A stretch of DNA of 53,506 nt, filler included, from Squatina squatina (GCA_031763465.1; 3 parts of 3 records of this genome joined end to end with filler, not necessarily neighbours in it), one strand, 5' to 3'; positions 38,852 to 50,150 are shown, counted from the first letter of the whole stretch. Made by a program: numbers and translations. Notes: generated by a model from the sequence alone, not told the origin.

Positions 38852-38957
38852 GTTACAGTCTTTAGCTTCGCCATGTACATGGCCCTAGGCGTGTACATGG
38901 GTGGGCGGGCTGGTAACTGAAAGATCCATTAAACATTAGATGATCTTGATAATGGAG
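38852..38957 (+). other. SAT1: SAT1 poison exon X (SSAT-X-like NMD exon, normally between exons 3 and 4)
   Basis: Pyrimidine tract and cttcag|, donor GAG|gtaagg, 106 nt, stops in all three frames, phase-1 entry reads (G)YSL*. Closely resembles the recalled mammalian exon X; order PRDX4(+), ACOT9(-), SAT1(+) matches human Xp22. Constitutive SAT1 exons are not assembled here. Confidence 0.8.
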
Positions 38958-39329
38958 GTAAGGCCCAGAGGGACATGCTACTTGCAATTTTTTTTTTAAA
39001 AAGAGGAAGAAGGATAGCGAAAGCATGGTAGATCAGAACTATTGTATGCATTGCCCTTACAAAAGTGCCCTTTGAAACATTGGCAATGATTGTAAAGTGT
39101 TAAATGAGCTGTTGTGCTTTTTGTGACATTAAGCTGAAGTGGTGAATTTACAGTTTTACCAAAGGGTGAGGGGCTCTGTGTTTGGCAAAATCAGGGCTGA
39201 TTTGAGATGGACTCATGGTATCCTTCTGANNNNNNNNNNNNNNNNNNNNNNNNNNNNNNNNNNNNNNNNNNNNNNNNNNNNNNNNNNNNNNNNNNNNNNN
39301 NNNNNNNNNNNNNNNNNNNNNNNNNNNNN

Positions 39330-39425
39330 ACTGAATTTAAATTTCCGGCTGCTGTAGTGGAATTTGAACTCGTGTCACAGGATCATTAGTCCAGGTCTCT
39401 GGACTACTAGTCCAGTAACTTACTG
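39330..39425 (-). mobile_element. Head of a second tRNA-derived SINE family
   Basis: gaatttgaactc...ctggactactagtccagtaac; related copies at about 44120-44235 (-) and 31605-31700 (+). Confidence 0.6.
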
Positions 39426-39545
39426 CAGCAGATGCATTAGATAAACTTACATACCTATTCATTGGTTATATTTGCTAGCGTTAATATTGCTGTATTTTGT
39501 TATAATCCACCAGCATAAAAGTGGTGTGATTTTTTTTTTGTGCAG

Positions 39546-39585
39546 TATGGGAGCTCACTCAGCAGGTTTTCATCCTGTGATATAG
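39546..39585 (+). other. Candidate 40-nt alternative exon in WBP4 intron 1
   Basis: T-rich tract then gtgcag|, donor TAG|gtaagc; contains ATG...TAG (MGAHSAGFHPVI*). Confidence 0.4.
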
Positions 39586-39788
39586 GTAAGCACTGAGGTG
39601 GCTTCATCTGCCTACTTGCTGCATGAGAAATTTCACAATGAGCAATGAAAGGAAGAGTGGTTATTGTATCTGTGTTTGAACAGGCTTTGTATCCGCTAAA
39701 ACATGTTGGTATTGTGTATATAAAGCACTCGTGCCTTTGTACATAGAAACAATGTATTAACATCTTTTTTAAAATATATATTCTGCAG

Positions 39789-39861
39789 GGCTGACTACTG
39801 GAAGTCTCAGCCAAAGAAGTTCTGCGATTACTGCAAATGTTGGATAGCAGACAACAAACCA
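39789..39861 (+). CDS. WBP4: WBP4 (FBP21) exon 2, matrin-type zinc finger start (ADYWKSQPKKFCDYCKCWIADNKP)
   Basis: ttctgcag|G GCT...CCA|gtacgt. Matches recalled human MADYWKSQPKKFCDYCKCWIADNRP; the leading G completes a split AT|G. Not in the ORF track. Confidence 0.93.
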
Positions 39862-40097
39862 GTACGTGGTATTTTGTTTATTAATTGCAATGTTAGCCGT
39901 TTTGATCAGTGGAGAAGTTTAAAAAGAACTGTTTTCAGTGTATTTCCAGACATGTTAGTGAACTGGATTTTGATAGTGGTACTTCATTTCAGATCAATTC
40001 TGGTAAGATTAATTGCTATTCAGATCATTTTTCTGTGCACAAAACTATATCTTTCTTTGTTTATCGTAATGCATTCTTCGAGGGCAACTATCTGGTA

Positions 40098-40197
40098 NNN
40101 NNNNNNNNNNNNNNNNNNNNNNNNNNNNNNNNNNNNNNNNNTTAATTAATTAANNNNNNNNNNNNNNNNNNNNNNNNNNNNNNNNNNNNNNNNNNNN
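40098..40197. other. Artificial assembly linker N44-TTAATTAATTAA-N44
   Basis: Identical to the linker at 15492-15591; 12-mer at 40142-40153. Confidence 0.97.
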
Positions 40198-41085
40198 TGA
40201 AAGGGTTCTAATATTTAATAACTATTAATTGGTAAAAATGTGGTACTTTACTAATTATGGTCCATTTAAATAGAGTTAATTAAAGTTCTATAGTCAGTAT
40301 TGAAGGGTGATACTTAGTGCTTTCCATCTGATAATGAGACAATTTATTGTGATATTGTAATGATGGACTCATTCATACTGCCAATGGACAAGCACCAAGT
40401 TGTTCGGTGTGACCCAGTTCCAGATGCAAATATAGATGAAACCACCCCAGCATCTGTCTGTTATTAAACGAAAAATATCAAATCATGTCATTCCCATTCA
40501 CTAAACTAATAAGCTCAAAGTAGGTCATTCAATTTTGCTTTGTAAGTGATAGATTTGCAAAAACATTTCTTGCTGCTGTGCCAACTATCTTATATTCATT
40601 CTGTTGCCTTCACATCTGATAACATAATGGTAACATTGTAAGTCTGATTTTAAAAAAAATGCTTCTCTTTGACAGCTGGCAAAATTGGAATCCTTCATAG
40701 AAATTGGACTTGTCATTTCCATTAATCTACCACCCAGTCTTGCAGAGGGGCAGCGAGGGTTGTATTGTGAATGCTTCCAGAGCACAGTAAAAAGTAGAAA
40801 GAAGATTCATTTCCACGGATTTTTACATTAGAACACGACGCCAGTCGAAAATATTATGCAGCTATTTCTGATCTTTTATTTGCAAACTCTTGCATGTTAT
40901 TGGATATTGTGTAAATCTGCTAGCTCTAAAAGTATTGCAACTTTGCAAAACAATGTAATTCTGTCAGTAAGAGCATATTGTGAACAANNNNNNNNNNATG
41001 GATAAGAGAGATATGTATTTTTCTATATAGTCACCTTAAAAAGCACTTTGTAGCCTTATCGCAAAGAAAGTTCCATGTTCAATTT

Positions 41086-41295
41086 GGTTCCTGCTCCTGA
41101 TTACTATCAGTGACCCTCTGATGGAACATGTACAAGTGCAATGTTGGGTGAGGACAGGATTTGATGGCATTCGCCGCCAAATAGTCTACTGAAACAGAAT
41201 GTTTTGGCTTGCACGTGAAGAATGGCCACTTGGACAATGTACTGGATGATACCATGCCTCAAGATTATTAAGCATCTTCATTGAAAAGAGGGGGG
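41086..41295 (+). mobile_element. Ancient SINE fragment, AmnSINE2-like
   Basis: ggttcctgctcctgatt.ctatcagtgaccc...gggtgaggacaggat...tgaagaatggccacttgg resembles the recalled AmnSINE2 core. Confidence 0.45.
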
Positions 41296-41798
41296 AAATT
41301 TTAAGGCAAGGCAAAAACAAAATTGGAAGATTTCTGCTATGTATAGTGAAACTGTAAAATAGCTCTTTGTATACATGCTTACAATCTTGCTATTAATAGT
41401 GAAAAACAGAAATGTTCTCCTTTTGTTTTTAAACAAAAGATTAAAATAATATTGGGGTTAATTTTAACTCCCTCCACCCAGCGGAAACTGAGCAGAGGGT
41501 GCAATAAGTTGGAGCGGGCTATTTACTCACTCTGTTCATGCCCTGATCTGATTGACTGCCGATGCAGGTAGGGTCCTTCTTTAAATGTGCAGATTGGGCT
41601 CCAATGACATCATTGGGACCCGNNNNNNNNNNNNNNNNNNNNNNNNNNNNNNNNNNNNNNNNNNNNNNNNNNNNNNNNNNNNNNNNNNNNNNNNNNNNNN
41701 NNNNNNNNNNNNNNNNNNNNNNTGTGAATTGTTGGCGGATGGGTCTGGATGTGTGCACCATTTGCTCACGTTGTGTTTCCATTTTCCTTGGGTTGCAG

Positions 41799-42325
41799 GT
41801 GATGTGTTCATCCTGGTTTTCAGCCTGGACAACCGAGACTCGTTCGAGGAGGTCCAGCGCCTCAAACAGCAGATCATGGAGACCAAGTCCTGCCTGAAGA
41901 ATAAGACCAAGGAAAACATTGACGTCCCCATCGTCATCTGTGGCAACAAGGGCGACCGGGACTTTTACCGAGAGATACCCAGGGAGAAGATCCAGCAGTT
42001 GCTGGATGGCGACTCGAAATGTGCTTACTTCGAAATCTCGGCCAAAAGGAACACCAACGTGGACGAGATGTTCCAGACGCTGTTCACCATGGCCAAGCTG
42101 CCGAGTGAGATGAGCCCTGACCTCCACAGGAAGGTGTCGGTGCAGTACTGTGACATCTTGCACCGAAAGACCTTCAGAAGCCGCAAAATCAAAGACGAAG
42201 ACGTCTATGGCATCGTGGCCCCCTTCGCCAGAAGGCCGAGCGTGCACAGCGACCTGATGTACATCAAAGAGAAGGCGATCGGCGGGGGCCAAGCCAGGGA
42301 CAAGGACAGATGTGTGATCAGTTAA
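41799..42325 (+). CDS. RASD1: RASD1 (Dexras1/AGS1) exon 2
   Basis: ttgcag|GT GAT GTG..., G4 CGNKGD, G5 EISAK, RRPSVHSDL and CaaX CVIS*; convergent with MED9 as in human. Confidence 0.95.
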
Positions 42326-43719
42326 ATCGGCTTTTGGGGGGGCGCTTTTGTTATTATTTTTGTTTGTTGGAGAAGGACGCAAATTAATGGAGCCCACAGA
42401 CGTGGTTGGGGGACAGGTGCTCCAGGCCCCTACGAACCCGTNNNNNNNNNNNNNNNNNNNNNNNNNNNNNNNNNNNNNNNNNNNNNNNNNNNNNNNNNNN
42501 NNNNNNNNNNNNNNNNNNNNNNNNNNNNNNNNNNNNNNNNNGTGAGAGAGAATTCTGGATACACGAGGGGGTCTATGCCCTCCCTGTAAGGGACTTTCTA
42601 CATGTCAAAAAATACAACAAAGATGTTCCTTTCACAGTTAGTATGGTACCATTACACCCCACAAACATCTTGCAGTGGGGAGAAATAGTACCATGGTAAC
42701 CGGAAAGAGAGTTTCTTAAATGGAGAGTAATAAACATGTAACATATGTGGAACCACCCACCCAAAGAGATTGCAGTTCACACAGCTCAAAACCAGGAATA
42801 GGACAGGAAGAAAATGTTAATGATTAATTGAAGCATTCTGGGCATTATCCCTTCACTTTATTAGTTATTACTGAATGTGAAATGACTTTTCTCCATCACT
42901 GCCAAATCACATTAGTGCTGCTAATTGCCGCTACTGCTACTTTTTGTTAGAAGATCAACTGACAAGGTTTTATTAAATGGACAATAAGACAGATCATTCA
43001 GCATAAACTCAGTGAATACATAGCCAGATTCAAACTTCAATACCCATTACTTGGTGTTGAACTAATTATCTGTATTGATTTTGAATGCCAAACCACTTTC
43101 AGAACATCCAGCTAACCGGTTGCTGGAAGCTTAAAAGCGTAATAGATTTTTGAGCAGTTTCTAGATGCAAAAGCATGCACAAATTAAACTTTAAGTCACA
43201 AATCTACTGTTAAAGACAATATAGAAGAAGTCGAGAAGGAGCCATAGTCCCAGAGCAATGGCATTCTACATTCCATTTCTTGGTAAATCTGAATTCATGC
43301 ACCAGCTGACCAAATCCAAATTATTTCATTGCTAATGCAGCATGTGCCTTCATGCGCAAATAGATCAGAAAGCCAGAAAGATTTCACTTCTTCATACGTA
43401 CTCTCATCAGTCTTACCAGTAACACAAGTGTGATTCAGTCAATACAGTTGTGTATATTGGATGCACTAATTGCTAACAGTGGACATATATTCTGATAAAG
43501 CTATCTCTATAGAGAGCTAGAGGGAGAGCGCGCGCGAGCTAGAGGGAGAGCGCGATATACACCGTGCATACACTGTGTACTAAATTCAACAAGCGGTTTA
43601 TAACTCAATAAACCATTATTAAGCTACAATCTTGCCCATATTTCTGTGGTTATAAACTCTGCAGTAAAAAGATGCATCCAGAATGGAAACTTTCCTTAAT
43701 GCTGCAACGTAGTCACTGC

Positions 43720-43936
43720 CTATGTTTTGGGGATGTCAAACATGCAAAGGCTCTTGTACTTCTGTAGAAGTTCATTCTTGGTGTGAACCTGATCTCGCAA
43801 ATTTTGAAGCTGCTGCTGCTGCTGTTCAGGACTAACATCAATCCCAGGCATCGATGAAATCATCTCCCGGGTCTCCTGCAGCTTGGTCTTCAGTTTATTA
43901 AGCTCTTGGTGCACATCTTGGCTGTCTTTGTCCATG
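43720..43936 (-). CDS. MED9: MED9 exon 2 ([16 protein letters not shown]...[13 protein letters not shown])
   Basis: Minus strand gtgcag|C ATG GAC...; matches the recalled Mediator subunit 9 C-terminal half. Confidence 0.95.
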
Positions 43937-46900
43937 CTGCACTCAATAAAATCAGTGGAGAAACCATTACACACAGTACCAAGTTTTTACAAAATGATTA
44001 ATAGCAACATTACTGTGANNNNNNNNNNNNNNNNNNNNNNNNNNNNNNNNNNNNNNNNNNNNNNNNNNNNNNNNNNNNNNNNNNNNNNNNNNNNNNNNNN
44101 NNNNNNNNNNNNNNNNNNAATTAACTGAATTTAAATCCACAAACTGCCATGGTGAGACTTGACCTCACACCTCCAAGGTTATTAGTTCTGGCTGCTGGAT
44201 TACTAGTCCAGTAGCATAACCACGATGCTACCATACGCCTTATTAAGGTCTGGGGAAACAAGGCAGGTACTGTAGATAGAGTTGAGGTGAAGATCAGCCA
44301 TGATATAATTGAATGGTGGAACAGGCTCGAGGGGTTGAATGGCCTGCTCCATTATATAAGACCCCCTTTATAGTCTTTTCACACTTCTATTTTTCCCTCC
44401 TTTTCAATATTCTTTTCCTCTTTCTCTTATCCTTTCCTGTTTTTTTAAAATTTCTTCTTTATCGAGTATAGCTAGAGATATTGGTATCATGTTCTGGGAC
44501 TTCGAGAGAATGTCCCCAGCTTTAATCTGAAGGTTTAACAGCTATGGGATTTGTACACGACTGAGATTTTATTAAATAAAGGACAAAAGTAGATTGACAA
44601 CTTAAGCCTCTGAGAGACCGTCTCTACTTTCTGCACTGTTATGTGTTTTACGCTTCATTGCATATTACATATTGTATATTGAAACAGGGGACGTCATTGG
44701 TATGATCACTTTATCTAACTTCATTGTGCTAATTCCATTTTTCTATGGCCTGTACCTTCACTTTGTATTGAAACCAGATCGAATAATGTGTTCTTTGTTC
44801 TTCAGGCTAGGGAACGAACTGACAGTCAAGGGAACAGTTTGATGGTTGATGATAATTGACAGAGCACAATACTGAAAAAATGCAGCATATTGTTTGCTTT
44901 TTCATACTTCTGTGTTAATCAGCACCACGGGTTCCAGTGAGCATACGCCCAAAACCCAAGACACGTAGGCACAGCGGCTTGAAGTGTGACCCTCGCAACT
45001 CTCGGCCAAACTATAGGGGAANNNNNNNNNNNNNNNNNNNNNNNNNNNNNNNNNNNNNNNNNNNNNNNNNNNNNNNNNNNNNNNNNNNNNNNNNNNNNNN
45101 NNNNNNNNNNNNNNNNNNNNNGTGTGCGACACTGGCCATATTTATCGCCCATCCCCATGAACAACTGAATGATTTGCTAGATGACTTCAGAGGGCATTAG
45201 ATTCAACCACATACTGTGGATTACAATCACATATAAGCCAGACCAGTTATAGGTGGGAGGTTCTCTTCTCTGGAGGACATAAGAGAACCAATTGTGATTT
45301 TACAAGAAGGCCACAGCCAAACTGTTATGAAATGCAGAAATACAAAATGCTTTGAGACTAATATCCTAATCACTGGGAGGTGCACACATTTCATGCTGTA
45401 TACATTTCCTAATACTAGCTGATCCCCCATGCTGGAGCTCAAAGGCAGTCTGGGGTCTGGACCACTGTTTGTTTAACTGCTTAAGATGGCACTGTGTTTA
45501 ACTTTATCTGTCCCTTCTAAGACCAGTGCTCAAATATTCTCTGCACGGGTACTGGTCTAAATAGGTCAAACCTGATGTCAGTCAGTAGCTAAATCCTGAA
45601 GAAAGTTCCTGTAGACCAGTCGTTGCTTGTGAATCCACAGTGCCTGCCCTTGAGAGCACGGAAGAAAAACTAAAAGGAAATAGCTCACTTTCTTTTTTAA
45701 TACTTTTTGCATTACTAAATACAACAACAGAAGTATCCGGTGCAGATGTTGGATTTATGGCTTTTTATATATCATAGGAACAGGGGTAGGCCACTCAGTC
45801 CTTCTAGCCTGTTCCGCCATTCAAAGAGATCATGCATTAGTAGCAAGTCTCCTGTGGCAATGCTCATGGTAAATGTCAATAATATATAAAAATTCTTAGG
45901 CAGCCCATTCCCTTTAGGAATTCCAATGTTAAAATGTCAACACTAGAGACCTTAGCCTGTCTCTAAAGCCTGGGCTTCAACTGGATATTAATCCCCCAGA
46001 ATGTTTGAAGAGAGTTTGCAACCACATCTAATTCTCTTAAACATTTACAGAATTTCTCAGCATGCGATTTGTAAGTTCTGAGCATGTGCATTTTGCAGTT
46101 CCCCAACAGGCAGCAGTAGGGTTCTGAATCAAAATAAAGGATGAGTCCTCTCATCCTGTCGGATTTATGAGTTTCTTTGCATTTTCTTGGAGACTTTTAA
46201 AGTGATTTAAACTCAGCTAGAAATTAAATTTAAATTATTACAAAGCTTCTGATCAGCTGCGGCCCACTTCAATCACGGCAAATCACTTCACTCTTTATTT
46301 CAGTTGAAAATTCAGTCAAAGATTTTTCTCTTTTGGGGGCAATTGGTTCTCCTGGCTGGACAGTCAAGATTGGTTGCTTCCATAATTCCGCAGGAATTTT
46401 TTATTGGCAATTTTTTGCAGCTTACTGTGCTTTTGACTCATCCATTCCCTACTTCTTCACTTCTGATTATTTCTTGTTTTACTTTAAGTTGATCAACAAT
46501 GTGTGATGATGAATGTTGATAGGATTTTCCCATAATAATCTTTCACGTAGGGGTTTTTCCAATCTAAATGCTGGTATTTAAAATGCTACTCACAATAGTT
46601 TTTATTCAATTTGATAAAACACCACTTTATAAGGCTCATAGTTTCCCATTGTGTTATAAATGTAATCAGATGATTATATTCACAATCTATAATATCGAAC
46701 ATGAATTTTCATGATGATAGCAAAGCATGGACTGAAATTATATATGTAGCTGCAGCAGCAATGGAAGAGGCGAACGCCTGACACACCAAATGCAATGTGG
46801 TTGTGACATTTTATTCTTTAAATTTACAGCCATCTCCGTCCCTAAAATATTGAAATGGTTGATATACCATTTCATATATAACCCAGTGGCAATTTCAGAA

Positions 46901-48845
46901 AACTCTCAATAGACAGAAAGATCCTTGGGTCATTTAGTCTCAGGGATAGTGTGTACCGTTTCCATAGTTACACTCAAACATGTGTGCTCACCAATGGATT
47001 ATTGTACTTAAGAAAGTTTCTCAACATGTTACCGTTGTCATAAATTTGAAGCAAGCTATTTTACATTGCTTTTAGTGGCTGATTCAATGATATTTTGTTT
47101 ATACAGGACCAATTGTTGTGTTGGTTTTGTAACTGAACGATTTATAAAAAGTACATAATGGCACACTGAAGTGTTACTGCCTTGTAATTCTATGACATGA
47201 TGGGAAATATGCAATAGGCTCCTTTGAAAAGGCAGGTAAGCATTTTTATGTATGATTATAAAAAAATGTAATAATATGCACTTTCATGCTTGCAAACCAA
47301 ATAAAAAGCACATTGACAGGAGGGTTTACCAGATGAAGAGTGTAGTTGTGCTTCATGAAAACCTTGTCAGCAGCTTCTCCACTGTACAACAACAACTTGC
47401 AGTTATTTAGCGCCTTTAATGTAGAAAAACCTGCCAAGGTGCATCACAGGGGAACAATAAATTCAACTATTTAAATATATGTAATACAATTAGGATTTGC
47501 AGTAATTACTGGATGTATTGCATGATTGTGACATATGTAATTATGTGGTATCATCACTATACATATCATAGAAACATAGATAATAGGTGCAGGAGTAGGC
47601 CATTCGGCCCTTCGAGCCTNNNNNNNNNNNNNNNNNNNNNNNNNNNNNNNNNNNNNNNNNNNNNNNNNNNNNNNNNNNNNNNNNNNNNNNNNNNNNNNNN
47701 NNNNNNNNNNNNNNNNNNNATGCCACTTGGGCGTTAACGCCTTTGCACCCAGAATGATATGACCTTCCTGCAGCCTTTCCTTCAGATATGCTTTCCATGG
47801 CAATTAATTGTAAGAGTTGTATATATAGTACAAAGTTCAAATTGTTTACTAAAATGTCTTGTTACATGGTGCACAGTAAATAGTCGGGAAGAACCACCAT
47901 TAATCTCAAACAGGTCTGATACATTCTGCTGTTACAACCTTGTCTCCAGCTTCCAGACCAAACTTTGTTCTTAAAATAACACACACATTTATTGATATGG
48001 GTTTTCACCAGACTGTACTTTTTGTTTCAAAGTTGTTAGGACACCAGCAATTCATTTTAATTACAAACTATGATGACATTTGTTCAAATGCTTTCTTGAA
48101 TGGTCAAAAGTAGTAGCTCACCAAAATATAAAACAGTCTTGTTGCTAGATGCTGTAAAGAACGTGTTTACCTTGGAGTTATCTTGGTTTTATGATCAGTT
48201 TCTTTTTTCTCTCACCAGGATAGCTACTAAACACAGTTTTTTGTAGGACTCATGCCGAGTAAGCCGCTGTCTGTTTCAGTGCTGGAAAATAAACTGGAAA
48301 AATTTACTGACAACCAAGGAAAGGGAACTGCAGTGGGAAACANNNNNNNNNNGAAAGAACAAACTAGCCAGTAATGAAACTGCATGGATGAATAAAGAAA
48401 TAAGGGCAAAATTGAAACTAAAGGAAAAGGCATACATGAAATATATGGACAACAAAGGAGAGGATGACACAAGGGAATACAAAAAGGTGTTAGGAATGAA
48501 GTAAAAAAAAATTAGGAAGGCAAAGAGAAACTACAAAATTAAATTAACAAGAAATATATAAAGAAATAGTAAAGTATTCTTCAGGCACGTAGGCCGGAAT
48601 TTTCTCTACCAAGTCGGGTTGGGTGTGTGCGGGCCGCATAGCCGGTTGGTCCTGCGATGTACTGATCAGCCTGCTCTTCAGAGCGAGTGTAGCATAATGG
48701 CCGCTATNNNNNNNNNNNNNNNNNNNNNNNNNNNNNNNNNNNNNNNNNNNNNNNNNNNNNNNNNNNNNNNNNNNNNNNNNNNNNNNNNNNNNNNNNNNNN
48801 NNNNNNNCTGGTGTCAGAGACTTGGCAGGTATGCGCTTACTCAAA

Positions 48846-50150
48846 ATGAGTAAATCTCGGATCTTCCAGATCAGCGGCATCATGGCCTCTGTGTTCATGA
48901 TTCTACTGATAATATTTTATTGGGATGATGTTGGCACAACCCATTTCTATTTGCACACTGCGTTCACAAGAATTCAGACCACACATCTTCCTACTATGAC
49001 AAGCCAAAACCACGACCATCCAAATTCCAAAAAGATAATAGAAGAAAGAATGCCCAGTTTCAAAGCTGATATTATTCAGGATGATATTGAATTAATGTAT
49101 GTGGAAAACTCAAAGGGATACCAAGGGGAAGGAGGTTCCCGTAAGATGGAACAAACCTTCAATGCAATAACTCTACCCAGCCTTGAGGAGCAGCTCCAAG
49201 GCCTTGACTTGAGAATCAATTCTATGAAAACTAAGACTGAGTTAGAACGGATACAGAATGAGAGGATACAGAATGAGAGGAAACAGAAAATTGAAGATAT
49301 TTGTGCAGACTCCAGTATCATGTTCTCAGGGAAAAATAGGTATTTTGAAGATATTCCAAATAAAGAATTGGACCATCTAATTGTAGATGACCGGCATGGG
49401 ATTATTTACTGCTATGTTCCCAAAGTGGCCTGCACTAATTGGAAACGGGTCATGATCCTATTGAGCGAAAGTCTTTTAAAGCANNNNNNNNNNCGTGATC
49501 CACTTGAAATCCCCAGGTATCTTGTGCATAACTCCACCAGCCATTTCACCTTCAACAAGTTCTGGAAGCGCTACGGAAAATTCTCAAAACACCTCATGAA
49601 GATCAAACTGAAAAAATACACCAAATTTCTCTTTGTACGTGATCCTTTTGTAAGACTAATTTCTGCATTCCGCAGCAAGTTTGGAAAGCAGAATAAAGAT
49701 TTTTACAGCCGCTTTGCAATCCCGATGCTCCAACTGTATGCTAATTATTCTAACCCGCCACCATCTGTCAGTGAGGCTTTCGCTGCAGGAATCAAGCCTA
49801 CCTTTATTAACTTCATTCAGTATTTGTTGGACCCTCGGACAGAGCAGGATATGCCTTTTAATGAACACTGGCGACAGGTATATAGGCTATGTCACCCATG
49901 TCAAATAAATTATGACTTTATTGGAAAACTAGAAAGTTTGGATGAGGATGTCCGTTACCTACTTAAATTGTTGAATGTGGAAAAGCTTGTTCAGTTTCCA
50001 CCCAGTTTGCAGAACCAGACAATTGCCAGCTGGGAAGAGGACTGGTTTGCAAAAATTCCGGTAGCCTGGAGGAAAAAGCTGTATGAACTTTATGAGCCTG
50101 ATTTTGTTGTCTTTGGATATCCCAAACCCACAAATTTATTATTTGACTGA
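48846..50150 (+). CDS. CHST12: Carbohydrate (chondroitin 4-O) sulfotransferase 12, single coding exon (10-N gap at 49484-49493)
   Basis: Type II anchor [13 protein letters not shown], 5'-[15 protein letters not shown], 3'-[16 protein letters not shown]-terminus FGYPKP.NLL. Start taken at MSKSRIF by analogy with human MTKARLF. Confidence 0.93.
   Translation: MSKSRIFQISGIMASVFMILLIIFYWDDVGTTHFYLHTAFTRIQTTHLPTMTSQNHDHPNSKKIIEERMPSFKADIIQDDIELMYVENSKGYQGEGGSRKMEQTFNAITLPSLEEQLQGLDLRINSMKTKTELERIQNERIQNERKQKIEDICADSSIMFSGKNRYFEDIPNKELDHLIVDDRHGIIYCYVPKVACTNWKRVMILLSESLLKXXXXRDPLEIPRYLVHNSTSHFTFNKFWKRYGKFSKHLMKIKLKKYTKFLFVRDPFVRLISAFRSKFGKQNKDFYSRFAIPMLQLYANYSNPPPSVSEAFAAGIKPTFINFIQYLLDPRTEQDMPFNEHWRQVYRLCHPCQINYDFIGKLESLDEDVRYLLKLLNVEKLVQFPPSLQNQTIASWEEDWFAKIPVAWRKKLYELYEPDFVVFGYPKPTNLLFD

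Noticed and set aside
38873-38920. Short ORF MYMALGVYMGGRAGN* in a good Kozak context as a 5' UTR uORF or micropeptide
   Set aside because: Better explained as part of SAT1 exon X downstream of its premature stop. Re-initiation cannot be excluded but has no support.
41519-42397. 292-aa minus-strand ORF
   Set aside because: Antisense shadow of the GC3-rich RASD1 exon plus an N gap.
48822-48845. N-terminal extension of CHST12 (MAGMRLLK)
   Set aside because: The track starts at TTG; homology supports the ATG at 48846, although the in-frame ATG at 48831 cannot be strictly excluded.
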